Position numbers and translations under genes: made by a program
The notes under the pieces: model-generated
The model's database searches: none
Told to the model about the DNA's origin: nothing
Seen by the model: only the letters and a program-made list of their open reading frames with translations
Assembly: GCA_964016885.1 (NCBI GenBank)
Contig: OZ024740.1
Location: 278,070,001 to 278,134,000, forward strand
Reading direction: 5' to 3'
Length of the DNA: 64,000 nt
From: Eledone cirrhosa
Lineage: Eukaryota
Shown here: positions 1-13,385 of the stretch, in pieces
How positions within the stretch are numbered: the first letter of the stretch is position 1
Layout: each line of letters begins with the position of its first letter

Positions 1-178
1 TACGTTAGGCACAAGGCCAGCAATTACCAGTGCATTACTGGTACTTTATTTTATCGACCGCGTAAGGATGAAAGGCAAAGTTAACCTTGGCGGGATTTGA
101 ACTCAGAAAGGCAAGGGCCGTAACTCTATACGTCAAAGCATGGCGTCCGACCCTCTACCAATACTGCCAATCCACCGC
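1..178 (-). mobile_element. tRNA-derived SINE (family A, ~190 bp)
   Basis: Reverse complement of the family consensus ggcggtggattggcag...gagttcaaatccc (B box)...gcctttcatccttacggggtcgataaaataaagtaccag...ggccttgtgcc, repeated many times in the window; central part resembles the Meta/Sauria-type SINE domain. Confidence 0.85.
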
Positions 179-814
179 ATCAGACAAAATATAATGATAC
201 ATGACATACCCTGAGGTGTTAAATGGTTAAGATTTAATCAAGGTAGTGATTAACCTAAGAGAAAACTCAACATTTATACCCTAATAATGAGAAAATGCGA
301 AAACATAATAAATTCATTAGAGAATGTGTGAGTAAGAAAAACGTTGGATAATGTGACAGCTATAGAGATTTTAAAATGTAGGATACTACAAGTTATGGTT
401 ATCTAGGAAAACATGTCATGAATTATAACAGTCCATGAGGGCCACTGAAAGAGGATTTAAAGAGAGGGAAAGATAAAGGGGAGTAATATATGCTGGAAGA
501 GATTTTTTCCAAAAGCTAAACGGTTAAGTTTCAAAATATTTAATTTATGTTATATGAGGGTGCAGAATCAAGATTTTAGGTTTTTTTTTAAGTTGCTGGT
601 TATTTATATTTATTAATTTTATAAATTCTATAAGTGTGTTAACATTTCTAACCTTCTGAATTTTATGAGGATAAAATTTAAAGCGAAAGGAAAATTTACA
701 CTGTTGAATATTTTCCTAAATGTAAACTTTAACGAAGATTATCTATAAAAATATCGACATTTTCGGTATGTAAAGCTTATGAAGTACATATTGTTAGAAA
801 TATTTAAATAACGA

Positions 815-1375
815 TTATGTATATAGATATATATTAATGAGTCAGTATATTTTAGGTAAATGATAACGAATATAAAATAATAGATTGAAGCATGCTAAAG
901 TTAAATAGATACCTATATATAAAACGGTGTAAATGCATGAATTATTCACAGTTCAAAATAAATAATAATCTAAAAATTTAGAAGTTAACTAAAAATTATG
1001 TATAGAGAGATACAGGGAGGTATATATATAGATATATATTAATTATTAGTGATACAGTATATTTTAGGTAAATGATAACGATTATAATCTTATATAATAG
1101 ATTTCAACGTGTTACAGTTAAATACATACATATATATAAGAAAAATAATAATAAATGCATGGATAATTCAGAGTTCAAAATAAGGTCCGTAATAATTTAT
1201 AGTTTGGATATTTGCTCTATATATGAATCATGGATATAAAAATACGGTAAGTATATTTAAAAACTTACAAAAGATAATTACATACATATTATAAATAAAA
1301 AATAAAAAATGTAAACACATGAAAGATTCACAGTTACAAATAAGTTCCTTAAAAATATACGGGTTGGATATTTAA
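815..1375. repeat. Degenerate ~210 bp tandem repeat, ~2.5 copies
   Basis: cagtatattttaggtaaatgataacg at ~843 and ~1055; aatgcatg..attcacagttcaaaataa-like motif at ~933, ~1154, ~1318. Confidence 0.6.
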
Positions 1376-1601
1376 ACTAAAATTTAAAACTTAGATAGGA
1401 AAATAAATATAGAGAAATAATGGTATGGATCAAAGTTAATAATATTATGTTATGTATATCAACGTGTGAGCGTGTTATTGAACAATTGTCATTCATTCTA
1501 TAGATAGTTATAAGATAATGCAATATTACTGAAGAGTGCTTCCAATCTACTGTAAATCTCATTCTTTGATACTTTGATACTCATTGAATCTTGTTTAACT
1601 C

Positions 1602-1650
<49 letters not shown>

Positions 1651-3348
1651 TAAAGAATATAAAACAGATGTTATTTTCTCTTCTGTTCTAGTCACCACAC
1701 CAAAATGGCATAAACGGATCGAGTGAATAGAGACGAATGACGATTAATATTTGATTCTGTCTACTGGAAGGAGAGTATTTTCTTAAACATATAAGAAAAT
1801 GTGGTCCCCCAACTCAAGCCAATTGAGGCGTTCCTGTGTGGTCATTCCATGCTAAAACCTGCAAGAAATTCATCACAATATCACACAATGCCTTCTTACA
1901 TGAACCCCGTGACACCCTCGAGGTGGGGGGCGAATAGCAAAATTATATTACAGGCAGGTATTTAATGTCTTGGGTGGTTAAAAAATATTCCTACCATCAT
2001 CAGGAAAATAATGATAAGGGAAGAACAAAAGACAATGCCATCAAATTTAATTATATTTTAACAGATATTTTATTTTTAATTTTTTAAATGTCTGTATTTA
2101 AAATGTATGAATGCATCGATGTTTCATTTATACTGAATTACATTCTATGGAGTAAGAACCGAAGATTTTCAGTGTAGACCTCAAATATTTCCCCCGGCAT
2201 GGCGATGGGAATTTTTCAATGACATGGGCTCTTGAACAGGAAGAGTTCTTTACCCGGTGTGTATTTTTTTCTGGGTGCCTTTTATATTAAATATCACTTC
2301 TTTTTTAATATGAATATGTAGCTATGTATCAAAATATATTGTCGCTTTTTTTTAGTTGCGTAGGAACAGCAGTCTAGCTTCGTTTCAAGAAACCTAACAC
2401 CCACTTTTTTGACCTATCCTTGTTTAATAAATTCTTACTTAAGCCAAAATTACTTAAGCCAAATTACATACGTCCGGTACTCCAAAAAATGATTGGTCCT
2501 TTCATCGGCCACGTGACTCAAATTAATTAATTTTCAGAAAAGCCTAATTGTGGAATCAAGCAATTGAAAGCTTGAATTTCTGATAAAAATAACTTTTTAT
2601 CTGGATGTCTCGTGTGTTCTATCCATTTCCTGTGTCCATCTATTCACTCTAGCAAAAAGACACACATTTCCTCTCGCGCGCAGATGACAGCGACTAGACA
2701 AAATATATCCCCAGAAATAAAGTAAAACATTTAAATGCATGTTTAATCCGTTGCCAATTTCGAAGACTTTAACATTGCCGTAATATTTGATTTCAAACCT
2801 TATGTTGAAATTAAATTTTAGTCGAAAAACATAAAGAGCATCCATCTTAATTTGCATTAACACATTTTCTCGTGGTAAAAGACGGGGATTAAATATAATT
2901 AATACACATATAATTATTCGATTTTATTAAATGTATATACATTGATATTTTTCTTTTTCTCATACATAATTTGGTTTTGTTTTCCTTTCAAAAAAAAACA
3001 AAATACGTTCAAATTATGTTTTTTAAAATAGGGTGTCAAAGATTGCTTTCAGGAAAGTATCCATTGTTATTAATAGGATATTTTCAGTCTTCAAATCTCA
3101 ATGGTATTTTAAGAAAGTTTGGAATATAATTATCGAATATATGTGTGACTATTCATTTGATTATCATAAAGAAATAACCAAATTTGCTTTATCCAAAGTC
3201 TTTTGAAAATTGTGTATACTTTTAGTGATCGATTTTTTGAAGTTTATAATATATTTAAACATATATAAAACTTTCATATTTATTATATTATTTAGTTTTA
3301 CTATTGTTAAGTAGTGTTTTGCTTTTGAATGTTATTATACTGAAGTGA

Positions 3349-3543
3349 GGGCGGTGGATTGTCAGTATTAGTAGAGAGTCGGTTACCATGCTTTGCAGCA
3401 TAGTGTTACGGTCCTTTATAGTCTGAGTTCAAATCCCACCGAGGTTAACTTTGCCTTTCGTCCTTACGGGGTCGATAAAATTAAGTACCAGTAATACACT
3501 GGAATTAATTGCTGACCTTGTGCCAAAAGTAGAAACAATTATT
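3349..3543 (+). mobile_element. SINE family A
   Basis: Full-length match to family consensus; also present in duplicate copy B at 18839-19032. Confidence 0.85.
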
Positions 3544-4112
3544 ATACTGAAGTGACTTTTCCTTGCAAGTTCGCTCGAGGCAAAGTTAACTTCGGTGCGC
3601 TTTGAACTCAGGTCGCAGGAATCCCCAAAGCATTCTATCTAATGTTCTAAAGACGTTGATATTTCGTTGCCTATGTCGATTATTTAATACACATTAATAT
3701 TTATTTTATCGTCCCAGAATGTTAATAAATGTAGTCAGATAGCTACTGTAATATTTATATTGCTATGACTTTAAGGTGTATCAGCGATAAAATCACTTGA
3801 CACTCTGTGTGATGTATGACACACTGTGTGATGTATTAGTTATTTTGATATTGGGTTGTTTATGTTTTGGTTGAGAAAGGTGTTTAACCTCAGGTTATTC
3901 ATATTTAAATATACGTTTAAGCTAAGATATTTTAGCTGTTACCATTCCGGCTTTTATTCAGACGTAGTGCATACTTTACCTCAATTATCCACTGTGTTTT
4001 TCCTGTTTTTAACTTTTGTGTGCGGCTGAAAGACATTAGGTTGATGTTTATAGCAGCTCGAGTAACAGCCTAGGAGATCCCATATTGCATCTTGTTAATA
4101 ATAGTTTTTTAT

Positions 4113-4262
4113 ATAGGCACAAGGCCAGCAATTTGGGAGGAGGGGAAAGTCGATTCAAACGACCCCAGTGCATGACTGGTACTTTATTTTATCGATCCCA
4201 TAAGGAGGAAAGGCAAAGTTAACCTCGGCGGGATTTGAAATCAGATCCTAAAGAGCCGTACC
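4113..4262 (-). mobile_element. SINE family A, long-tail variant
   Basis: Family A sequence with extra ggggaaagtcgattcaaacgacccc segment, shared with copies at 48382 and 57140. Confidence 0.8.
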
Positions 4263-4839
4263 TCTATTTTTTGTTCTCAACTTATTAACCTGTCATTGTA
4301 AGATAGCATTGGTTGATTACTAACTATCTATAGCAGCGGTGTTAGACCCCCCTGTAAAGCCGGCTTTATAGAATTATTTCACTACAATCTCGTATTTAGT
4401 ATTTTTCCCATTCTCCACCTATTAAACTTTTCTATAGCTTAGCATTACCAATGAGAAATTTGGTGATTGTAGAAATGGAGTAGTAACCAGAAATTGTTTT
4501 TATATATTTATTTCCTTATTTTTATAATGGAATTTTATTTTTATTTCCTTATTTTTATAATGAAATTTTTTTTTTATTTCCTTTCGATTTACCTATTCTT
4601 CCACCCCCACTCCCCACCCCTCCTCTTCTCCAGCACACTTTTTTCGACCTTTTATACACTATCCTTAGAATCTGCTGTATAGATTTCAATTTCAACGCTT
4701 CTCTGGGTTTCCCCCACTCCCTCTTTGTTCTACCTGCAATTTCAGCCACCCCTACCTCCCACCAAATGCCATGATCTGTCTTTTCAACAAATTGTTCACC
4801 AATCCTCTCGACAATTACTATTTTCCCATATAAGGTAAT

Positions 4840-4934
4840 ACCCCCTAGAAGTTCGGCTATTTATTTACCAGCCTAAAAATTCTTATTTAGTCCAGAAATA
4901 GCCGTCGAAACGACTTGAGCTCTGCCGTCGGGGT
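4840..4934 (+). ncRNA. Degenerate type I hammerhead-like motif
   Basis: acccc-CTAGAAG-[cggctattt...aaatagccg]-GAAAC...GTC-ggggt; stems I, II and III pair, but the core deviates from CUGANGA. Confidence 0.5.
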
Positions 4935-5025
4935 CATACTTGTTCCTATTACCCACTCTACTACCCTAAGTATTGAGTACTTTGGTGCGTTATGGTCCAT
5001 CTGGTTCCTTACCACAATTCCTTCG

Positions 5026-5069
<44 letters not shown>

Positions 5070-5168
5070 AAATTTCCGTTGAAAACAGAAAAGGTCATAG
5101 AAGTGAAGAGTGCTCTATGTGAGTACCAGAGCAAAATTTAATGTATAAAAATCAATACAATATAATTA

Positions 5169-5238
5169 CCTAATTACCTGAGGTTTCCCGAATGAGGCGA
5201 ATACGAAAGAAACGTCCTCATTCGTTCGTCAGACGAGG
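5169..5238 (-). ncRNA. Type I hammerhead ribozyme motif
   Basis: Minus strand: cctcgt-CTGACGA-a[cgaatgagg...cctcattcg]g-GAAAC-ctcag-GTA-attagg. Confidence 0.7.
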
Positions 5239-5767
5239 CAATATAAAACATGGGTAAATACTTGGAAAATCTCATCAAGAAAAGCAAAAAAAAATATATA
5301 TATATAGACAAATGAATTACAATATGAAATATATAAAAATCTTTCAAGAAATATAGTTAGGTGTGTGTATATGTATGTATATACGCTCACAGATGTGCAT
5401 ATATGTGTATACATAAATATATACGTATAGTGAAAATGTGTGCATAAATATATATTTTAGGGCAAATCTATCTGTGTGTCTGTAAACTACAGACAGAATA
5501 GATACATCATAAGAATATGAAGGCACGCGCATAAACACACCTACACACACGTACACTTATATGTGGAAGTAAAAGAGGTAAGGGAGTGTAATAATTAAAG
5601 GAAAGTATGAATCTCGATATATTTATAAAAATGGAACAATAATTTAGAAAGAAAAAATTAAAGAAAAGAAGACAAACAAGGTACACGCATACACACACAC
5701 GTATATCTCACAAAAGAAACACAAAAATATACATGCTTATATACACACGCACACTTACACATCCATA

Positions 5768-5812
<45 letters not shown>

Positions 5813-6094
5813 TTACACTCACGCATATCGACCTGTTTGCATGCACACTCATAAAAATGAGGATGTAAAAAAGGGAATAAAAAGAAACAAAACAAAAAAC
5901 CTAGATGTAAAAACACCGATATAAAGACACATACATATATATATATACACGCACGCGCGCGCTCATACGTAGGCGCTCGTGTACATATATAGAAAGCATA
6001 CACACATTAAGGCGTTCAGACACATAGATACAGGGTGTAAAATACTTGTGGATAAGTATTTACAAATATAAAATTATAAGATTGGCTGCGCAAA

Positions 6095-6255
6095 AATAAA
6101 AAAATAAAAATAAAAATAAAAATAAAAATAAAAATAAAAATAAAAATAAAAATAAAAATAAAAATAAAAATAAAAATAAAAATAAATATAAATATAAAAA
6201 TAAAAATAAAAATAAAAATAAAAATAAAAATAAAAATAGAAATAAAAATAAAAAA
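6095..6255. repeat. (TAAAAA)n hexamer microsatellite
   Basis: Directly visible. Confidence 0.95.
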
Positions 6256-6491
6256 TACCTGGAGTGGAAAACGCAAGTGACAAGTATAATCAGTTAGTGT
6301 TTGTTTCTCTCTCTCTCTTTACTGGGTTAGAAAATGATTAAAACGAAATGTTTTACTTTGTGTGAAGCGTTAAGGTATTAGTTGATTTATATATTATTTA
6401 ACAATGGCATTTATTTATCTATTTATATATTTAATTATTTTCTATATATATATATATATATATTGTCTCTCTCTCTCTATATATATATATA

Positions 6492-6555
<64 letters not shown>

Positions 6556-7324
6556 GGTGAAAGTGAAGGGGGAAGGCATTCTCAAACTGGAAACCAGGGG
6601 GCTGAAATTTTGCAACAGAGTAAATTCAATTACAGGAATTCAAGGGCCAGCTGGTGGTTTTGAACAGGGTGATGGATTAATTCCTCTACCCAATGATATA
6701 TTGAGAATTGCTTTCTCGTATATATAACATTAAACTATAATCAATAACTATGACAGAATCAATATTAAGATTCGCCACTGCCCATATTTTCGTTCCTCCA
6801 GTATATATTCTATTTTACAAGCAATACAGCCACAATATATGGAGAAATGATAGATATAGATATTTAACAGATATAGATTCATCTGAAGTTAATATATAAT
6901 ATTTATAGTATTTTATAGAATACGAGTCTATGTTTGTTTGTTTTGTGTGCGTGCGTATTTTCTGTGGATGCACATGTTTTTGCTGGTTAACTTTTGTTTG
7001 AATATATATATATAATGTGGCCTTTCATTTTAACTATGGGGGTCTTTAAAGTGAAACATAATTGACATTTTATCGAATCTGGGAAGATTAGTAGGCGTAA
7101 TCTAGAGACAACACAGAAATTAAAACTATAGAAATAGAACTAATATAACACATAGATGATGCACATCAATTTAATTAGCACCTATTTTAACCTGTAATAG
7201 ATCAATTAAATATCTGCCTCCTAAATACAATAGTCAGGAAACTGGAGGAAGGATTGAAATAGTCCTAAGGCAAGCGATTTATTGTATTTATTTTATATCA
7301 GCATTGGAAATAACATTGACGTTA

Positions 7325-7644
7325 GTTACGCTGTACAGTGCTCGGCAACCATCGTCACCATTTTGTTCAACACTGACACAGGAACGATGAGAAATGAAAT
7401 TTCCTTTCATTCTTTTCCATTTATCGTTTTCGGTATGCCCGGCCGACTAACTTACTCGATATGCAAATTAGGCTGCTCAGCCGTTAATATGCATAAGGAA
7501 AGGATATACTTTCAGACGTTCAATCATCTGACAGAAAGGTATAAGATGCTGACGATAGCTAATAAGCTTGAAACTAGTACATCGTTCCTGTGTCAGTGTT
7601 GAACAAAAGGGCTACGATGGTTGCCGAGTGCTGTACGGCGTAAT
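7325..7644. mobile_element. MITE-like element with ~65 bp terminal inverted repeats
   Basis: ttacgctgtacagtgctcggcaaccatcgt...ctgacacaggaacgatg (7325-7389) is inverted at 7580-7644. Confidence 0.6.
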
Positions 7645-7800
7645 TCAGGCTGTTTGTTTACAAACAAACCGAACATTATAATAAATGTTCGGTAAACCCA
7701 TACGGTTTATGTACACATATATGTATGTACGTATACATACTTATATTTAGGCATCAGCCGTACTAAGAGTGAGAAATGAAATTTCGTTTCATTCTTTTCC

Positions 7801-7856
<56 letters not shown>

Positions 7857-7859
7857 CAA

Positions 7860-8046
7860 GGACGATTTGTTAAGCCTTCATTACGTTTATTGGTTGGTGA
7901 CGCACGTTTCGCTATCGATCAGCTGAAGGTTCGATCTGTATCGATTTGGCCCGACTCTGGAATGAATAGCTCGTCGGAACTCTGTTGTAGTAATGATAGA
8001 ATTCTCACATGGGTGAACCTACAGTAACTTCACGTTACACTCCCTG

Positions 8047-8088
<42 letters not shown>

Positions 8089-8150
8089 ATATATGGCCCT
8101 TGAAATATGTATAATGAAATAAATATGGTTTTATAAATATAGTTTCCATT

Positions 8151-8212
<62 letters not shown>

Positions 8213-8413
8213 ATATTATCAAATGGAAACTATATTTATAAAACCATATTTATTTCATTATACATATTTCAAGGGCCACCAGAGCAAACTATGGTGCGCT
8301 CTCATCAGATAAAATATAATATAGGTTAGTTTTATAAATAAATATTGACATACCCTTAAAAAATGCTACCATTCTGGTTGGAATCTCCTGGATATATATA
8401 TATATGGTTGGAA

Positions 8414-8480
<67 letters not shown>

Positions 8481-8730
8481 AGGGAGTGTAACTTGGAGTT
8501 ACTGTAGGTTCACCCGCGTGAGCACTCGATACTTAGGTTCATTCGGTGTCGATGTGTAAAGCTATTGAGAGTGTATTATAGTTAAATAAGATAACAATGA
8601 CGATTCGTAACTCCTTCATTACGTTTATTGGTTGGTGACGCAGGTTTCTGACCAGCTCAAGGTTCGATCTGTATCGATCTGACCTGACTCTGTAATCCGC
8701 GGCTCGTCAGACACGTTGTAATGTTAATGT
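7860..8730 (-). mobile_element. Non-coding PLE terminal-repeat fragments with HHR-like motifs (7894-7982, 8257-8314, 8632-8715), nested in (TA)n
   Basis: Minus strand: CCGACGA...GAAAC-gtgc-GTC, CTGATGA...GAAA-tatg-TA and CTGACGA...GAAAC-ctgc-GTC; direct repeat 7877-7977/8612-8710 and inverted repeat 8006-8047/8479-8522; stem I weak. Confidence 0.55.
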
Positions 8731-8776
8731 GTGTGCGTCTGCATATGTATGCGTATGTGTCTGTGTGTGTGTGCGT

Positions 8777-8893
8777 CTACTTTTGGCACAAGGCCAGCAA
8801 TTACCCCCAGTGTGTTACTGGTACTTTATCTTATCGACCCCTTAAGGATGAAAGGCAAAGTTAACCTTGGCGGGATTTGAACTCAGAATGGCA
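8777..8893 (-). mobile_element. SINE family A, partial
   Basis: Match to the 3' two-thirds of the consensus. Confidence 0.8.
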
Positions 8894-8967
8894 AGGAAGG
8901 TTATTTGGTTATAACCAAAATTGTTTTTGCACAAAGATGATCACACATACACGCGCACACACTCACA

Positions 8968-9012
<45 letters not shown>

Positions 9013-9092
9013 ACACACACAGACACACACACACACAAACACATTCACACATTCATACAAACATACACGCTTAGACACACACAAACACACAT

Positions 9093-9249
9093 ATGGCTGC
9101 GTGGTTAAGGAGACCCCTTCGCAACCACGTAGTGTCGGGTTCAATCCCATTGCTGTAATCTTGGATAAGTGTCATCTACCATAGCTTTGGATTGACAAAT
9201 GGTTTGTTGGCATTATTTGGGAGACAGAAACTGAGTGGATGCCTGTCAT
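9093..9249 (+). mobile_element. tRNA-derived SINE (family B, CORE-like)
   Basis: A box tggctgcgtggttaag, B box gggttcaatccc, then cttggataagtgtc...gacagaaactgagtggatgcctgtc; ends in (TA)n. Confidence 0.7.
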
Positions 9250-9299
9250 ATATATATATATACATATATATAGGTGTATAGGTGCTAGATAATTGCGTC

Positions 9300-9630
9300 T
9301 GTAGGTGGTATGCCGCGTGAGCACTCGATGCTTGCGCAGAGCAGAGTATAATATTTTAAGAATAAAGGAACAAAGGATTAGTGTTGCATCATAACATATT
9401 TAATAACATATTACATATGTTTCACTCTCGATCAGCTCGAGGAAAATCTATTATTGATCGAACCTGGCTCTGGACTCGAAAGATGCTCAGATATGCCTCA
9501 GTGTGTAAGCTCGTGTGATTTTGTGCGAATATCAGAGATTTGCATAAAATCAGAGACGAGCTTACATACTGAGTCAGGTTCGATGTTATGATGCAATACT
9601 GATTGTGTGTTCATGTATTCTTATACTATA
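9300..9630 (-). mobile_element. PLE terminal-repeat fragment with decayed HHR (9407-9495)
   Basis: Minus strand: catat-CTGAGCA-...-GAAAC-atat-GTA-atatg; related to the 7860-8730 family; short inverted arm at 9585-9630. Confidence 0.5.
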
Positions 9631-9719
9631 TATATATATGTATGTAAAAGGTAAACAGAAATAACAACACAATCGGTACAGTATATGGAAGGTATATATT
9701 AGGTTAACGCTTGATATAG

Positions 9720-10650
9720 CAGGAAGAGTGTCCTAACGTTTCGGACGCTAATTCTTCATCAGAAGAAAGAATGAGAAATAAAATAGATTGAGGGGACGGG
9801 CGGAATGGAATTGGAAAAAATGTCTTTAGATAAAAATAACAGGTCCATTCACGTTGACATCACTTGCAAAACCTTTGGTGCTGGCGTTTTTTGTATGATC
9901 TGTTTTTTAGAAAAGTGGATGATAGCGCGCGTCTACCTGAAATGGAAAAAAAAACTTTTTTAAAAAGAGCTATTCTTGAGCACGTGCGTAAGCATGAGTT
10001 TGGTGTGGGGGTACGTTTATTGTTAGTCTATGTTCTAACGTTGTAACATATATCGATAAAATAAATACCAGACTTGAAACATAAGTACTCGAGGTCAATA
10101 TGATCAAGTAAACCCTTTTAACACTTTCTATGTGGTTCTCTAGTATGGCTGCCATCTAATAACTGAAACTGAACATACATGGGTGAAACCAGTACGATGG
10201 AAGTTAGAAAGAAAGGAGTGAAAACGAGATTAGTGTAAAACAAAATAAACTCAAACGGCAGCTTACACTTTTACCGTTTCGGGCTATTTTGGGTTTTGGA
10301 CTCATCTGTTCAGGGTAAAGGAAATGAGATGTGATGGTGATGGGAAACTCCAATACTCTACGCACATATTGGATCAGATATGTAGTTGTATGCGCAGTCT
10401 TGTAGAGTAATGTTGACCAATTGACTTCATGTAATTCGTAATTGCTGCTAATGAGTTTTAAGCTATTAGAGAGGATCACCTCCTTGAATTGTAATATGTT
10501 CTATGTATTATCAGTCATGTCTATAGTAAATTTGATATTAATAATTAATGTGGGATATATTTGTAGGTAGGTTTGATTTGATTGAAAAACCCCACTGTTT
10601 TTGTAATCCATATAATTTCCGGACAGTGTATCCAAATTAGGAGTCATCTC
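9720..10650 (-). pseudogene. Highly decayed PLE RT/EN fragment with 3' HHR-like motif (9731-9766)
   Basis: Minus-strand remnants NIKFTIDM and TLLYKTAHTTTYL resemble PLE HPxIKFTxE and TxxYRKPTHTxxYL; CTGATGA...GAAAC-GTTA downstream. Confidence 0.5.
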
Positions 10651-10674
10651 ATTTGTTACTTATTATTTTGTATT

Positions 10675-10862
10675 TTGGTGTACTGGCAGTATCTGTAGAG
10701 AGCCGGGCGTCATGCTTCGCAGCATAGAGTTACGGCCCTTTATGGCCTGAGTTCAAATCCCGCCGAGGTTAACTGTGCCTTTCATCATTGGGTTCGTCCA
10801 ACTAAAGCACCAGTAATGCACTGGGAAAATTACTGATCTTGTGCCAAAAGTAGAAACAATTA
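10675..10862 (+). mobile_element. SINE family A
   Basis: Diverged full-length match. Confidence 0.8.
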
Positions 10863-11569
10863 TTTTATATACCACGTAGAACTTCAAACACATCTTCACA
10901 CAGTTCATGGGTATATCTACCTACATCTTTCTTAGCCAATCAGAACGATCCTGATTGACCTCAACTCACATTCATCTTTGCTCTAACTCAGTTAACAACC
11001 CACATATTTTCTTCCTGGTGGTTTTTAATTACCCATTTCCATATCGTATTCTCGATATTTTTCAAAGTTTAAAATAATTAATTAGATTGGAATTAAGCTT
11101 GTTTATCTTAGATTTTACGTAGCCCTTCAGGGTAGGTTTTGTCAATTAATTGTATGTTTAATCTCGGTGTTTCAACTTTGTGTATTTCACGTGGTTCTCT
11201 ACTGTATATATAATTAGTATGTAGAACTGAGTAGGGCGCTCTTTCTGCCATAATGTTGACATTCATAAACAGTCTCAATGAGTTCCCTCTCTTTCTCTAT
11301 ATACATTGAACACTTCCAGTTTTCCAAGAAATGTTCTTGGCTACAGCAGACTTGAAATAATAAAATATGCCTCTTTGTTTTCACCAGTTGACTTAAACAC
11401 CACATCCTCGTTTAACCTATATTACGTAAACTCACAATTAATTAAATAAACCGGAGTTGTTGTTTTTGTGGGTGGGGAGTAGTTGGGGGTTATACATCGC
11501 TAAAGAGAGATTGTGCTTGCTGATACTATGGATAATTTCAGGTAACCAAAATTTCAACTCACAATCTAT

Positions 11570-11871
11570 TATATGGGATCTGTATAGCTTTGATAGACAT
11601 GGATCACGACATGGGTCAAGTTAATACAAGTCTCCAATGCCATTAACATCCAATTTACTTACAAACTTACATTGAAACACTTCACTTCCTCATACTCATG
11701 TCCATTCAATGATATATCATAGCATATATTTAGATATTCTAATGGGTTCGTGTTTGAAGTGAATATACACATTTAGGGAATGGAAAAGTGAGATGAAGTT
11801 CAAAAGGCTTTTTTCTCCAGCATAATACTGGCTCAGTGTTTCGAAATACCTATTATACAAATTGAGATTTT

Positions 11872-11919
<48 letters not shown>

Positions 11920-12221
11920 AAAATCTCAATTTGTATAATAGGTATTTCGAAACACTGAGCCAGTATTATGCTGGAGAAAAAAGCCTTTTGAACTTCATCT
12001 CACTTTTCCATTCCCTAAATGTGTATATTCACTTCAAACACGAACCCATTAGAATATCTAAATATATGCTATGATATATCATTGAATGGACATGAGTATG
12101 AGGAAGTGAAGTGTTTCAATGTAAGTTTGTAAGTAAATTGGATGTTAATGGCATTGGAGACTTGTATTAACTTGACCCATGTCGTGATCCATGTCTATCA
12201 AAGCTATACAGATCCCATATA
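11570..12221. repeat. ~650 bp palindrome centred on a (TA)n tract
   Basis: 11570-11878 is the reverse complement of 11912-12221; no mismatch seen by eye. Confidence 0.95.
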
Positions 12222-12243
12222 TATGTGTGTGTGTGTGTCTGTA

Positions 12244-12310
<67 letters not shown>

Positions 12311-12315
12311 ATGTA

Positions 12316-12372
<57 letters not shown>

Positions 12373-12679
12373 GTGCAGTTAAAACGAAGCATTCAGAGAT
12401 ATGCAGTAAATGACCGGTGAATTCTTTTTTAAATACGGTAGAAAACACGAAGGACAAATGATGGTAAATGGATCAAAGCCAAACACAGTAAAGTAATGTT
12501 TTACCCAATACATTTTCACATGATATTTCAGGACTATTAGCCACTTTTCAGATGCAAAGCTGAAATAGTTCAGATAAAACAAACGAACGATTTGAGCTTT
12601 CTACTCTAACTTATCCTATGTGTTGTGAAAGTGTATGCCCTGAAATATTATGCCAAAATATTAAATGTTAAGTGTTAAT

Positions 12680-12718
12680 TGAACAAGTACTTTCATGCTT
12701 TCGCAATCTTCAGGTTCA
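12680..12718 (-). ncRNA. Hammerhead-like motif lacking stem II
   Basis: Minus strand: tgaac-CTGAAGA-ttgc-GAAAG-catgaaagta-CTT-gttca; lies ~360 bp 3' of a PLE GIY-YIG ORF on the same strand. Confidence 0.55.
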
Positions 12719-13074
12719 TATTCTGTGGTGGCAGTCAAGTTTGCAATTTTCAACTGTAATGAGATGGGTAAATGTTGTGCCTTATATACAGTGAAAAGCG
12801 GCTCCAGAATGCTAGATCTTGCAAACTGTATTTCGACCAATCGGTGTGTAGTTTCACTGGATTACTAATGCTGATTGGTTTAGGCGTCACGGTTGGTTGA
12901 ACATGTCTAACGACTACTATTTGACCCTATCCAAAGCATCAATTTTTTTGCTATTTTTAGAAATTATGAAAATAGCATTTTCTAGTAATCATCACCATCA
13001 ATATCACTTTTATTATTATTATTGTTGTTGTTGTTGTTAGTGGTCGTAGTCATAGTAGGAGTAATAAACCATTA

Positions 13075-13385
13075 TTATTGTTCATTTAGCTTGGGTTGGA
13101 ATTTATCAATAAAATTCTTTTCTTTGATTTTTCTCTTGATTTCACTTGGGCTGTGTAATTTGTAGAATGGAAATATCATAAATATTCTCTGACCACATCT
13201 TGCTAGATGGTTACTCAGGGGTATCTGACGGACATTTGGGTCTCTGATTTGCTGCCGGTGCACCTGTGCACGTTCCGATAGTGCATTTCCAGTTTGACCG
13301 ATATATAGTTCTTCACAATTCGGGCATTTAATGCAGTAAATTAGATTTCTGCTTTTGCAGTTCATATTTGCATTTGGGAATTTTT
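13075..13385 (-). pseudogene. PLE GIY-YIG endonuclease C-terminal fragment
   Basis: NCKSRNLIYCIKCPNCEELYIGQTGNALSER...H...RKIKEKNFIDKFQPKLN: typical PLE EN with CxxC between the GIY and YIG motifs. Confidence 0.9.

Larger units (their letters stand above)
1645..7228 (+). repeat. Segmental duplication copy A (pairs with 16850-20624)
   Basis: Near-identical collinear blocks 1645-3905, 4875-5030 and 6310-7228 recur at 16850-19395, 19395-19550 and 19700-20624. Confidence 0.95.

Noticed and set aside
2597-2863. 88 aa ORF repeated at 17809-18075
   Set aside because: Similarity is explained by the recent segmental duplication; no recognisable domain and a non-ATG start
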